Source: the human T2T-CHM13v2.0 reference genome, Homo sapiens. From it: 64,000 nt of DNA. Location of the stretch: NCBI RefSeq assembly GCF_009914755.1, contig NC_060933.1; one strand, written 5' to 3'. Below are positions 25,373-40,050 of the stretch, one piece after another. The notes below the pieces were generated by a model. That model saw nothing but the letters and a program-made list of their open reading frames with translations, was not told the origin of the DNA and made no database searches. Numbering within the stretch: the first letter of the stretch is position 1; each line of letters begins with the position of its first letter. The position numbers and the translations under genes were made by a program.

Positions 25373-25719
25373 GTGTTTTCTTATTCCTGCTCTTTTCTTT
25401 GTGCTGTTCCTGTGTGTAGAATGCTCGACCCTCTGGCTCCACCTACCCACACTCTAAGATGCTACCTCTAGGAAAGCTCTCCATGGCTGTAACTGACCTT
25501 TCTCTCCTTTGAGTTTCCTTGACATGTTTTATGGACTTGAATCGAATACAATACTATATAGACTTTGAGTTTCTTGGAGTTTACTCACATTTGCATTCCT
25601 CTTCTTCTCTTATCTTATATCTCTAGATATAGTACTCAATAAATGTCTCTTGAAAAAGAAGAATGAACGACTTTTTCATTCTTCACAAAAAGCTGTAATG
25701 AACAACAAGCAAACAAAAA

Positions 25720-25905
25720 GAAAGTGTGGTGTGATAGAGCATGAGCCTTGGAGACAAACTTTCATCTTTGGTTTCAAATTTTAAATTTTCCAGTTATCAA
25801 TTATATGATCTTGGAAATACTACTTTTGTTGTCTGTGAAAGAAAGACAACATTCTCTATAATGCAAGGTTGTTGTGATGATTAAAGAAAATGAGATGCAG
25901 AGCTG
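25720..25905 (+). mobile_element. MIR SINE
   Basis: GTGGTGTGATAGAGCATGAGCCTTGGAG...AAGGTTGTTGTGATGATTAAAG. Confidence 0.65.
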
Positions 25906-25930
25906 GACAGATGTTTTCATTTCTCCTATT

Positions 25931-26090
25931 GCAGTGTTTCTCAGACATGTCTGATTATAAGAATCACTGAGCCATCTGTTATTAATCATCCTGATTCTAG
26001 GACCCACCCAATGCATATTGAATCAAAACCTCTAGAGGAATTGTCTAGAGATGTGTATTCTTATAATCAGGACAACTTGGAAAATAAAGC
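25931..26090. mobile_element. MER5A1-like element
   Basis: CAGTGTTTCTCAGAC; perfect subterminal inverted 14-mer CTGATTATAAGAAT (25951) / ATTCTTATAATCAG (26057). Confidence 0.75.
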
Positions 26091-27329
26091 ACACTCATTA
26101 TTACTATTTCTGTATCTTCAATATCAGCTTTCTGAATTAAGGTATTTCAACCTGCTGAGGTTATCCTCACTGCTAATATCTATTTTTTTTTAATGGAACA
26201 AGTTCTGTTTTTTTTCTGGGTCTGGCTATAAGTCTGTACCAGTAAAAACAGCCATTGGAGATTCATCAATGGGAGTCTTATTTTGGAAATTACTTATTCA
26301 TTAAGATTCCATTAAAATGTTAGCTCCATAAGGGCTGGGATTTTGTCTGTTTGTTGCTACATCCCCAGAGCTTAGAACAGTGCTGAACACATAGGTATTT
26401 GGTAAATGTTCTTTAAATTAGGATCAGATAACTCATTTCACAGCACATGTGCTCCAAGAATAGCTCACATTTTGAATATCAAATTGTTTTTCCACCTCAA
26501 CTCTTCCTCCCAAACACAACTGTGGTAGAACTGTGCAAAGGACACTTCAATACTCAGCTCAAAACCTGACTAGCTGAAACTCTACCAGGATGGCTTATGG
26601 TTCTATCACTGTCTTTTATCTTCTACTTAGTCACTTCCTAGAATGTCCAAGCACATGCCTTCATAACCTGTATCTAGGGATGAATAAAAAAGATGAAATA
26701 CAAGTATTAATAAGGCCATTCACTGTGGCAGTCTGCCAGAAATATTTTTGATAAAAAAGTAAGGAATCCTGAATTTTTTTGTGAAAAATGGAAAGAAGTG
26801 GGAGAGATGACTCATTGCTAAACTGGTTTAAACAATAACAACAACAACTGTAAATTAGGACAATAAAATAACATAGCATTGACCATATATGTTGTCTTAC
26901 ACAGTCTAGGGGAGCAATATTATGATAATCCATGGATTAAATCAGGAGTTACCTGTAATTTGGCAATTTATCAAAAATAATTAAAGTAAAATGAGAATAC
27001 CCTTTGTGAAATTAAGAGCTACCAGGTGGCCAAGACATGAGAAGCAATCAATAAACAGCAAGCTAATAAATGGGTTAATATATATAAAAAAACAACAAGA
27101 GCAACTGCTTCAGGATCAGAAAATACTGAGTATGTACCTCAATGAGATCATAGGGAAATATAATTTAAGATTTCCTAATCATTTGTAATAAAAGGACCTT
27201 TATTTCATTTTTCCAGTTTCAATATGGTTCTTTTGGTAGAATGGTCTTTTTTTCTGTTTGTTACTTATTCTATTTAAGAGTTACACACTGATGTCGTTGG
27301 TCATGTGGCTTTGATATATCTCCAAGTAG

Positions 27330-27641
27330 AACAGGTGGCTATGTGGCTTACTTTGGCCCATCATATTTTAGCAGGCATGCCATAAACAGAGGCTTGAAAT
27401 ATGCTTACTTGCTTTGCCTTGGCCTCTTGTACTTCTCTTTCCCTTCATTAGAAGAACATTCTCTGGGTAGCCCCTGGGCCCAGAATGAAACACCTCTTAC
27501 GTGAACCTGAAACACAGTATGACGTAGAGGACTCCCTCTGCTAACTTTGTAGTCAACCAATAAACTAGTGAGAGATTCATGATTTTTCTGTAAACCACCA
27601 AGATTTTATGCAACATAATCACAGTAACACTTGACTACCAT
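27330..27641 (+). mobile_element. MLT1 (H/I-like) LTR
   Basis: ATGTGGCTTACTTTGGCC...AGAGGCTTGAAATATGCTT...TGTAAACCACCAAGATTTTATGCAACATAATCACAG. Confidence 0.7.
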
Positions 27642-27934
27642 AGTCCCCATAAAACTGTTACTTTCGATGATGACTAGTATTGTTAAAAGTGAAGTTCATA
27701 TCACGTGAATTGACTCAGCCCCTTGCATTCATGGAACCTGAATTGTAGAAAACAGTTTCATTTATAGTATCTCTGGTAAAACCTCACGTAGCTGTTTGTG
27801 ACAGACTGGGCAGTATGTGTACAGAAACTAGTTGAAAACACTACATCTTAAGGACACTTGATATTACTTTGAAACAAATGGTAAATGGAAGTGGGGCCAT
27901 ATGGCATTATGCCTGATTATGGAAGAAATCTTTA

Positions 27935-28361
27935 TTGCTTAGGAAAGAATAAATTAGCCTGCAGTGATTGAAAAAGCTCAAAATCTGAATAGTTTAACAA
28001 ATCTCAGGTTTATTTTTCACTCGTGCAAAATCCAGGTGACCCTGCAAAGCAATTATCCTCCATGTGGTGACTCAGTGATCCAGGCTAGTGGAGGCTCCGC
28101 CGTCCTATAGCTGTGTCATCTGGAAGCACAGCCTACATGACCAATGTGGCAGGTAAAGGGAGTGCAAAAGGGTCTCATACAGACAATTGAATATTTCATT
28201 TCAGAAATAACCCACATCACTTCCCCTCACAGCTCATTGGTCAGAACTACACACATGCTCCTATCTAACTAATAACAAGACAGTAAAAAAGTATAATATT
28301 ATCCTGTACTTGGAGGAGGAATAACTCCCTATGTGAGTAAACACTGGAAATGTCAACCACA
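27935..28361 (-). mobile_element. MLT1J-like LTR
   Basis: GGTTTATTTTTCACTCG...GTGACTCAGTGATCCAGGCT...CATCACTTCCCCTCACAGCTCATTGGTCAGAACTA...CCACA. Confidence 0.75.
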
Positions 28362-29861
28362 AAGTCATATTGTCTATTTTATTAAATGGATAAGGTAATC
28401 AGTGAGTTGTCAATGTACAAACATTAATTGCTGTGTGGAAACCATGTGATAATCTTTAGCTGATTGATGACTGAACACAATTTCTTAAAAGTATCCTAGA
28501 GTATAACTAGTGACACATACACAGTCAATTTCTCTATTAACGTGAAAGAATATTCAGCAAGTGCTCGCTGGTACTCTGAGTAGTGGAAGCCTTCAAGAAA
28601 TCACTTTCTATACCTCTGTCTGGGGTAATAAACCTGTCTAAAATAATTGGAAGCCCGCATAGAGAAGGGCACAACCTTTTGAGCCCTTTGGAGACCAGAA
28701 CTGTGAAGGATATAAGGTAGAAGGATGGAGCATTTAAGTCTCTCCATAGACCTAAATGGCTTTGGGGCAGATAAAACATAACCAAATTGCTCTGTAGCCA
28801 TTCACCCATTAGAAATTCTGTGCAACAGAGAACTGTGTTAAATTGAAATAAGACCCCATGTAGACATGCGATATTCCTAAGGGGGAAAAAAGAAACCAAC
28901 TCAGCTCTAGAGGTCATCATCGGCAGGAGGGGGGTTGATCATGTGAATTTGTAGCCACGGCTCACAACATACGATCCAGGCAACATTTAGCTACTGTATA
29001 ATGGTCTAGATTCTCCAATAAGACATCAATGCCCAAAGTCCTGAAATTGTAAACCGGGCAAAATAACCACAGGGATAATAAAACTATTTTATAGGCTTAG
29101 AAAATTAGAAAACGGTGTTTTGAAATGAGTCATGTTATACAATTTGTAGATCCATAGAGGAAGAAAAATTGGTAATAGGGAGTTAATAAGAAAGCTAGAT
29201 GAAAACAGTGCTTCGTGTCTTGGGTATGATTTCATTTACAACTTCTCTATTGGGTGTAAAAAGTAAAATCTGTCTAGGAAGTAACATTGTCTAGACATGA
29301 CCCCCAGAAGTGTCATTTTACTTTTGTTCTTCCTAGCAATTGGGTTAAATGTGTAACTACCCCAAGCATCCACACCTCCTGTACGTACCCTGCAGGACCA
29401 CAGCTTCCATTTTCCCAGCTCAGTGCAGGGTCCTAGAGACCTGTTCATTGTGGCTTCTATAAAACTATCTGGTTTTGCTTAAAGGAACAGTGGGTGTCCT
29501 AGATGACATTGTTCTAGTGGTGAGAAAAGATTAGGTGATTCTAATATTGAGTTGAGAAACCATCGTATCCACTCAAATAAAGTAATACATGCTTCTGTTG
29601 TTACTCTTGGGAGGCAATTGCCTTCAAGGCTACGGGGTCCCTAACTATATTAGCATCACTATATTCCCTGAGGATAAATGGTATAACTCAGAAAGAGACT
29701 GCAGTGTTTGGGCCTCAAATTTTGCAGAGACTGCTAAAGTTTTCAAAGCTAGGAGTTTCTAGGAGTGTTATTCTTGAATATAACATTTTGAGGTTAATTA
29801 GAACTTGTTTCATTTGCAAGTCATCTACATCAAGTGAAAAATACATGAACCCAATGCTTTA

Positions 29862-29983
29862 TATGCTATATGTATATTACACACAAATATATCACATGTA
29901 CATGTGTGTATGTGTGTATGCATATGTGTGCATGTGTATGTATGTGTGTGTATTTGAGAGTGTGTGTGTATATATATATATAT
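29862..29983. repeat. TG/TA-rich low-complexity microsatellite
   Basis: Degenerate (TG)n/(TA)n run. Confidence 0.85.
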
Positions 29984-30804
29984 GAATGAAAAAAATTACA
30001 ACCAGTTGAAAACTTATGAATAGGGATCTCTAAGCTGCTGGAGTACAAACTCCCCATGCCTGGCCACTTAGACATTTCTGGGTTGATTGTTGTTATTTTA
30101 GTGGTCCTAAGCTGCCAGAAAACATCAGTTTTCTTCTTTAATTTACCATGGATTCTGGCCAAATAGAAGGATTTCTATGACTTGAAGAGTTGAAAAGTAC
30201 TATACTTACCTTTGCTTCCAATTAGTAAGAAAAATTAAGTGCTAAAGTGTGTCAGATACTCTTGGAAAATCCTTCTCTGCAAGGTATTTTCATGGTCACA
30301 ACCATTCCTTTATCCGTGGACAAAAACAGAGTTGATGTACTTTTACCTGGGGAACACAGACCACAAAATGTGAGTCATTCAAGTCTCAAGGGATAATTTA
30401 TACATATCACAATAAAGGTAGGGGATAAATACTGAGAGATTCTGCCGTCTTTTTGTCTTACATCATGACATGATATATTTCACGCTTACTACTTTATCAT
30501 CTTCCTATTAATTAAGAGGAGAAACCTGACCTACTTTGTAATATTTCCATTAGGGAAAAGAGGAAACCTAACGTATAGAGCCCCAGATAAAAAAGGAAAA
30601 GTAATACTTGAATAACTGGCTTGAATAACTGGATATGGCTACTGTCAGACATGTTGAGGAAGTAAAAAAGTGTAAAGCATGCACCCCAGAGGCGAACCAA
30701 AAAGCCAGAGCATATACATCCATATATGTGTATGTGTATGTATGTGTTATTGACTGTGTTTTCTTGAGTAACAAATAAAAACATTTTGTTAAAGAAACTA
30801 TTTT

Positions 30805-31160
<356 letters not shown>

Positions 31161-33979
31161 TCACTGCTCTTAAAGAGAACCCAGCACATCTTTGCTAATC
31201 CCTGAAATATCAACAGCCCCCTGGTGTTCATGGGGTTCTTGCAACTTTTCTTCTCACGTCTTCCTCTTATTGCTTTCATGTAAATTATCTATCTCATTCT
31301 CATCTTACTTACTTCTTGTAGGTTTTTCTTTCTTCCTATTATTAAATTATCTGGACCAGACATTTTTTTTTTCTTGAAGTAATATAACACTTACGAAGGG
31401 ATTTGGGATCGTGAAGAAACTTAAGTCACAGCATGGCAAACTAAAATGAAATGTGCAATAAAATGTTTTAATTTGGGGGGGTGCATCACTTTCTCACTTT
31501 TTATTTCTGTCTTATGCTTTCTTCTCAGTGAGAAAGAGATGTGTAATTATCCATCTTCTTCAAACAATATAAATTCTGCATGAATTTAACATTTCAGGTA
31601 ATCAAAGCCCCTTGGCCAATATACCACCATCTACATTTTCTCATTGTTTGTCTTGTCTTCAGGCTCAAAAGCCTCTGAGTGCTCTCCTAAGACCTGATCC
31701 CCAACAACGCGTGTCTGTGCACATGCATGTACACCTCCCCACACAAAATCTCCTTTCTCCTCACCTGATACCTGGTCCCCTTTATTTATTTTCTTGGGTT
31801 TACCCAGGAATCTCGATATCCTCAGTTTTTAAATGCAGAGTAGTTAAGTTCTCTTTTCATCTCACTCCAGCCAATCCACTTTATATTCCTAATCAAAGCA
31901 ACAGTGGAATTAAAGGGTAAAGGCATTACTTTAAAGAGAAATAATCATGCTATTTTAGAAGCAGTTCCATGCAGTCAGTCCTGACTTTACAGAGTGGGAA
32001 TAATCGACTGTGAGATTCCTGAGGGGAGGGAATGTTTTCGTTGAGTTCATTGCTATAACCCCAATTACTAGAACTTTGCCTGGCTCATAGTAAACATTCG
32101 ATAAATCTTTGCTGAAAAAAATGCCAGTGTAAGGGGCTTATTCTTTGCACTTTAAAATAAAGGGCTAGAAGAATGCAAAGATTATATTGCAGAGACATTA
32201 TATGGGATAGTAATGGAATTTGCAGTCTGTAATGGAGATATTTCTGGGGAAACTGAGCCTTCCTTGACCTTCTCAGAGGCACTAGAGTGCTATTATCACT
32301 TGGCATATACTACTGCAATCTCCTGGTCTCTATCACTGTCCTTTAATAAAGTGGATCAGTACTTTTAACTTTTTATTACTTTGCCAGAGTGAAGGCAGCT
32401 ACCACCTTCCTTGGCTCCCTCTTCAGGGTCTGTGCCTGCATTTTTCCCTTGTTCTTGAATATGCTTTTTCCTTCGCAACCATTCCCCTCTATATGGCCTG
32501 CACACACCTGAGCATACATACAGCATACACGTACACTCACACTCTGCCAAAGTCCTAGTCATTCTTAATACCTATTTTTTAATAGCTCAGCATCATTTCC
32601 TCACCAATATTTTCTTTGTCCCTGTCCTGACTAGGTAAGTCCTCCTATTTGATTATTCTTAGCAATTCACACTTCTCACTACCAGTAACTATGTATTTGT
32701 GATGTGATTTGAAAAATTCTCCTTCCCCCACCCCACCCATGAGTATAAGCCTACCATACTGCTAGGTGCTTAGTAGGATCTCAAAAATTATCCAGAGAAT
32801 GAGCCAATATGAGACTCCTTGAAAGTGGTAACTGCTGTTATTCTGAGTGAAAATTATCTAGCACCAAAGCTGACATTAAAATTATGAATTAGACTGGTAG
32901 GCCAAGATGATAAAACAACAGCCAGGAACATGACAAAAACAACTCAAGAGCAAAACTTTTCACCATGCACCTCCTTTGCTAATCACAAGCACCATTTACA
33001 TTTGAAAATGAGTTTGGCTGAGAACTATTGATTTTCTCTTTGCTCCACTTTGGGCTTTGCGCTGAGAGTCCTGCTCTCAAGAGGTAGAACACCCTATCCT
33101 GATTTCACTTGGCCTTGGTTTGCCTCCAGCTCAAACGTGCCTGCCTAGCTGTCAGATTTAATTAAAGGGCAAGACAATAGCAACAACAACAGAAGCAGGA
33201 TAGTTGAGAGACCTTGCTTGTTCTGTAAAACAGAATGTTAAGAGGGGATTTTCAAAAGGCAAATGAGCATAGCAAAGATCCTCAGAGCAATCACTCTGCT
33301 TGACATTGGTGGAGGAGGCTCCAGGTCTTTGGTCCCCCACCTAGGATGCAGGCAGGGCAGAAGGAAAGACAGATCTGTCCCTGTGGCCTGAGAGGGTATG
33401 GCCAGAGGTCCTGGAAGACAATCAGAGACAGGCCTCTGCACAGTCAGACCCAATCTGAAATGGCAGCTGAAGGTGATAATCAGAAGGTGGTTGTGCCTAT
33501 AGCCCCCTGCTCAAGTGCTTGGCCCTGGGTGAACGACATCTTGTCATTGAGGGCAGCTGACGGTGGATTATAAGAGCAGTAGAAGGTGACAGTGGAGGTG
33601 AACAAAAGTGAGGTTCCCATAACAGGTAGAAGATAGGCAATGATCCTGATGAAGAGTTACCTTTCAGAAAGATGTTTGGTCTCTTGCAAGATTTATATCT
33701 GTCCCTTCCCACCCCGAGACATACTCTCCTCTCCCACAGTTCCTCGGCATTCTCTTCTCCAAACTCAGCTCACAGGCTTTCTCTTCTTTTCCTTATTCTT
33801 GTTCAGCATCACATCCTCAAACAAATCCTCCTTATTATAAGAGAATCTACCTGTGGAGTGGGGAGAAAAACAGGGAGCAAAGTCAAAACCTTTGGTAATG
33901 GTTAGGGCAGAGGAGAGGGTAGGGAAACTATGAATTTCTGTCCCATAGCTCAGGATACCCTCTAAGAAATACATTTTTG

Positions 33980-34260
33980 GGCCAGGTGTGATGGCTCGCA
34001 TATGTAATCCCAGCACTTTGGGAGGCTCAGGCGGGAGGATTGCTTGAGGCCAGGAGTTGGAGGCCATCTCCTTAAAAAAAAATTTAAAAATTTGCCAGAT
34101 GTGGCCACTTGCATCCGTATTCCCAGCTACTTGGGAGGCTAGTGTAGGAGGATTGCTTAAGCCCACAAGTTTGAGGCTTCAGTGAGCCAAGTTTGCACCA
34201 TGCACTCCAGCCTGGGCTATAAAGTGAGATCCTATCTCAAAAAACAAAACAACAACAAAC
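33980..34260 (+). mobile_element. AluJ with deletion in left monomer
   Basis: GGAGGATTGCTTGAGGCCAGGAGTTGGAGG jumps directly to CCATCTC plus the A-rich linker. Confidence 0.88.
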
Positions 34261-34390
34261 ACACACACGGAGTAATACCAATATTTTATTTATTTATTTA
34301 TTCACCCTTTTTGAATCTAAAGGAACAGATTTATTAAGCGAGAAATACAGGATTTGAAAGCTGGTCAGTCTGATTCTAAAGTCTGTGATC

Positions 34391-34791
34391 TTTTATTTTT
34401 TATTTTTATTTTTTTCACATTTTATTTTAGTTTCAGGGTTACATGTGCAGGTTTGTTACAAAGATATATTGCTTGATGCTGAGGTTTAGAGTGCAAATGA
34501 ATCCATCACCCAGGTAGTGAGCATAGTATCCAATAGGTAGTTTTTCAACCCTTGTTCTTTCCTCCCTCCCCACTCTATTGTCCCCAGTGTCTATTGTTGC
34601 CATCTTTATGTTCATGTGTATCCAGTGTTAAGCTCCCACTTATAAGTGAGAACATGCAGTATTTGGTTTTCTTTTTCTGTATTGTTTTGCTTAGGATAAT
34701 GGCTTCTAGCTGCATTCATGTTGCTGCAAAAAACATGATTTCATTATTTTTTATGGCTATGTAGTATTCCATGGTGTATATGTACCATATT
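34391..34791 (-). mobile_element. L1PA (about PA13-16) 3' end
   Basis: T-rich tail, then GTTACATGTGCAGGTTTGTTAC...CTCCCACTTATAAGTGAGAACATGCAGTATTTGG. Confidence 0.9.
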
Positions 34792-34839
34792 GTAAGAAAT
34801 TCTTACATTTTAAAAGAGGTAGGGGTTTCTTCCCTCTCT

Positions 34840-36100
<1,261 letters not shown>

Positions 36101-36113
36101 ACGTAGGGGTGAG

Positions 36114-36115
<2 letters not shown>

Positions 36116-36157
<42 letters not shown>
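36116..36157. repeat. (GT)21 microsatellite
   Basis: Uninterrupted dinucleotide run. Confidence 0.95.
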
Positions 36158-36158
<1 letters not shown>

Positions 36159-36749
36159 GGCTTTTTGTGACTTAAAGACAAGACCCAAAAGTTTATATGA
36201 ATAAATCCCACAGTACTGACCATATCCTGCTTAAAATGCCCCACATGTGGTTAGATGCTTTCCTTTATGACTGGTCTTTGATGTGGATCTCAAGCCTTCC
36301 AAGATCTCTGAATGAGCCAATTCCACAGGTGTATGTTTCTTCCTGGCTCTCCAAGCACAAGAACACCAGCAATATTGTATGAGGAATTTAGGCAATGTAC
36401 ACAGGAGTCCAAAAAGGGAATACTCTTGTAAACTATACACATAAAAGTCCTTGTTAGGGGGTGAGGTTAACACACTCGGGGATGGAAATAAGGCAGGAAA
36501 TATTCAGGGCCAGGTTGGAATAGTGTAGTTATTTGGGATACCTTACAAACTGTCAAGTTGATAAAATTTAACTCTTAGAGCACACACTGAGTAGAACAAG
36601 AAAAATAAAGAGAAATATTAATAAACAAGAAATGAAAGTGTCAAGGTATATCAGAGACAGGTAGGAAAGGGAGCTTCCTTGTTTACTTCAGAACTCTCTG
36701 AATTTATAGTGGATTTAACACAGATTCACCTCCCCTCAACAGGGAGCTT

Positions 36750-37050
36750 AGCGGCCTCTCTGTGTGGAAGACCAGACTGGCTTAATGGAACCAAATGTCT
36801 GAATGGGGCAGCCTCCGTCATAGGAAATGCTGTCCACGACACTCGCACCTCCTTGTCCGGTCTCTGCGGCTCATTTCCTGTGGGTGCTGGTCTCACGTGG
36901 CATCAGCAACAAAGCTGAGACGTAATCTTTCTATTTGTACCTGGCCAGGAAGTTCCTGCAGAGATTAAAGAAGGGGGATGTGAGCGCGCGTGTGGGTGGG
37001 GCGGGGCGGGGCGGGGCACAGCAGCAAGGAGGAGAGGAGAGACAAGTGTG
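36750..37050. promoter_or_regulatory. Putative CpG-retaining promoter/enhancer
   Basis: About 14 CpGs in about 270 bp of unique DNA; overlapping GGGGCGGGGC Sp/KLF boxes 36998-37017; CACGTG 36894; ETS sites 36873 and 36946; CRE half-site CGTCA 36816 and GACGTAAT 36919; GCGCGCG 36984. Confidence 0.7.
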
Positions 37051-37537
37051 TTTAAATCAGTGGAACAATCACTCCCAGGCTGGAGCAATTTTGAGATTAG
37101 GGCTTTTGGCTCTGCTTTATTTTACGTTTTTTTTAATAAAAAGAAACGATCTTTCTCTGATGAAAAAGTCGTGCTGCTCTATTGTAATCTCACCTCCACT
37201 CACACAGTTTCGCGCTGTTTCATTTCTGACCCACTTTCTTCATCTCCTTCGTTTGTTTCCTTCAAGAGCAGTTTTAGCTCCCAACCCCAGCCAGTGCCTT
37301 GCTTAAATTGCTTTAATCTCCAAGTGCTTCTTATATTGATTTTAAACAGTTAAGCTGCCAATCAACTTCTCTCCTTGTGCAGCAGCCGAGGGCAGAGAGA
37401 TTAAAACAACAAACAAATAAGGCTGAACCTAGGAAGTTGGTTAGAATTTCCAAATGAATGTTAGCAGCTCCTCTGTCCCCTTCCTACCACAGAGGTGCAA
37501 GATTATTATGAAGAGACTAGGTATAGCTTTTTAATGT

Positions 37538-37775
37538 TAATAATAGCCAGCATTTAATGAACAGTTGCTCTGTGCCAGTTATCATTCTAAATACTTTATT
37601 CATTTAACTCATTTAATCTTTGCAACAATCCTATAAGGTAAGTACTATCATTATTTTAACAAAAGGGGAAACTAAGGCATAGAAAGGTTAACTGACTTGT
37701 CCAAGATCACACAACTAGTAAATGGCAGAGCACGAGTCCAAAGTCAGTCTGGCTCCAGAACATGAAATAATAACA
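37538..37775 (-). mobile_element. MIR SINE
   Basis: TTAACTCATTTAATC...GGGGAAACTAAGGCATAGAAAGGTTAACTGACTTGTCCAAGATCACACAACTAGTAAATGGCAGAGC. Confidence 0.9.
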
Positions 37776-38253
37776 AACAGGCACTAAGAACTCTTTTGTA
37801 TTGTTACAAGTCTCTACCCAGCTGTAGCATAGCACAGGGTGAAGCAGGAATATCATCTTCCAGGAAACAGAGAGAGTTAGCTGTGGTCAAAACAGAGGTG
37901 AAAGGTCACATGCCCTTTAATCCAGTAAACATTCATCAATCCCTGATTATGTAAAAGCACTAAATTTGAGTTTGGGATTATAAAGGCAGCTAAGATGCTG
38001 TGACAGCTCACAGGAATCCCAAAGTCTAACAGATTCTAATCACAAATAATCGGTCTACGAGGGAAGATGGTGGTGGAAGAGGAAGATTAGGCAGGTATGT
38101 TATTAAGCAGTTATTCATCCCTCAAGTCATGACTCAAACCTCACCTCTTCCAGAAGGCCTTCCCTAACCACCTTCTGCTGCTTCCTTCTTATTTTATCAC
38201 TCACGGTTGAACACTGCAACCATTGGAGCACTTGTTTGTCTCTTCCACTAGAT

Positions 38254-38475
38254 CAGGGCCTTGCAGATGACATCCAGAGGGTCAAATCTAGCCCACTGCC
38301 TTTTTCATAAATAAAGTTTTATTGGAACATGCCACAATCACTTGTTTATATATTGTTTATGACTTCTCTTGAGCTGTAGCAGTAGAATTGAATAGTTGGA
38401 TAGGAGACTCCGTGGCCTGTAAAGCCTAAACTATTTGTTAACTGTCTCTTTTTAGAAAAAGTTTGCTGACTCCTA
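38254..38475 (+). mobile_element. MER58A inserted in an L2 relic
   Basis: TAAATAAAGTTTTATTGGAACA...AAAAAGTTTGCTGACTCCT; hAT-type 8-bp TSD CACTAGAT/TACTAGAC. Confidence 0.9.
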
Positions 38476-39557
38476 TACTAGACTATGAGCTTTGTTAGCG
38501 CAGAGAGCTTGGCCTTCATTTCTGAATCTGCAGTAGCCAGCACCACAGGAGCAGGGTCATTTTGGGTAAAGCTAACATCTGCTATCATTGCAACAGCATC
38601 ATTTAAGCTTAGCCTGGGGTAGATTCTTACAATGACAGGTTCCTGCTAGATGGAGGAGCAGAGGGGATGCTGGAACTCCTGCCCAGCTCTTCTGTTTCCC
38701 AGTTCAGTGATGGGTGATTTAGCAAACAATTGCAGGTGTGCTGAAAGCACTCTGCAAGAACTAACACACATAAGGAAGAGAGGCTTCGGGGGCAGGCAGA
38801 AAGAAAGAAGTGGAGACAATGGAAAAATAGACAACATGTGGGGTGACTTGCCACTTTAATTTTCCTAGGAGGTGACAAACTTCTGTGACAGGTAAGTTAT
38901 TTTGGTTCTTCATTAGGACTCTTATTAATATGGTGTTGGAAGTCTCTGACTGCACCTGCTGTGTTAGGGATTGTAAAGTGGTGTGTATAATACCACATCT
39001 ATCTTGGGAAGGACAGAACGGGACATGGCGTGAGGGTGGGCAAGCAACGGATTGGACAGTGGGTAGAAATTACCTGCACAATTTCTGTGCTCTGAGCTGG
39101 TAATGAGCCCAGGGTGTTTGAATGAACACTCCATCCAAGCAATTGCTGGCAAGAGTGTCATCTGTCTTGAAAGAGAACATTATTGCCTGAACTGCAGCAC
39201 CACGAACGAGCTCAGCTGGTCTGAACACTACTGGTGCCTTGGCCAACAATTTCCCCCACAAATGTTGTGCTGAGAACAGTGCAGAGTTGTCAATAGACTG
39301 GCTGCAACCTGCAGAGAGGCCTAGGAGTCAGGAGCCAGAGGTAAAACTGCTGGAAAGGGGCGACCTGTGATCCCTAATTTGTGTGACTAAGGAATTTCCA
39401 GAGAGAGGCAGGCTGAGCATTGTTGTTGTTGTCCTTGAAGATCTTGCTGTGTTGGGTTGCTTTTCAACTTGAATCAGAGGGCCATGAATGCTGTCAGAGC
39501 CTTTGTTTTTCCTCACATGTCGGACAGCTGAGAATCTCAGTTTCCTTGTCATGGATT

Positions 39558-40050
39558 AGGAGTCATTAGAACGTCAGGCTTAAAGGGCTGTTAAAGGTCA
39601 TGAAATTCTACTCTTAACTGACTGTTAAAATTCAATTAGGAAGCTGTGATTGATAGTGAGCAGCTTTCATTTGAACACCTCCTTTCTTGAAGAACTGAGA
39701 TCTTCCCAATGTATACCGTAATATCTTGGGCCAATTTAACTATTAGAAAGTTGTAGACAATCTGCTTCATATTGTACCAATAGCTGTCTCCTTCATGTCA
39801 CAGAATGAGCCTAATCTTGCTTTCACATAATACGTCTTATGTATTTGCAGATGGCTTCCTTTCTACCCCTACCACCCACATCCTAAGTATTCTTTTCTCT
39901 GGGTTATATAATCCCATTTCCTTTAAAGTTTCCCATAGACATGGTTTTGATTTCACTTGCAATTTTAATAGAATTTTTTGAAACATGCCTCAACCTGTCT
40001 TTAGCCTTCTTTTAGCTACTATCCAGAATGAATGTAGTGATTCAATGCTC
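39558..40050 (-). mobile_element. L3/CR1 relic
   Basis: TTTGAACACCTCC...TAACTATTAGAAAGTT...TCTTTTCTCTGGGTTATATAATCCCATTTCC. Confidence 0.6.

Noticed and set aside
25951-26070. Perfect 14-bp inverted repeat 92 bp apart
   Set aside because: Explained by the intrinsic symmetry of MER5A1
28537-28920. 127-aa minus-strand ORF in unique DNA
   Set aside because: No recognisable domain, splice structure or codon bias; length within chance range
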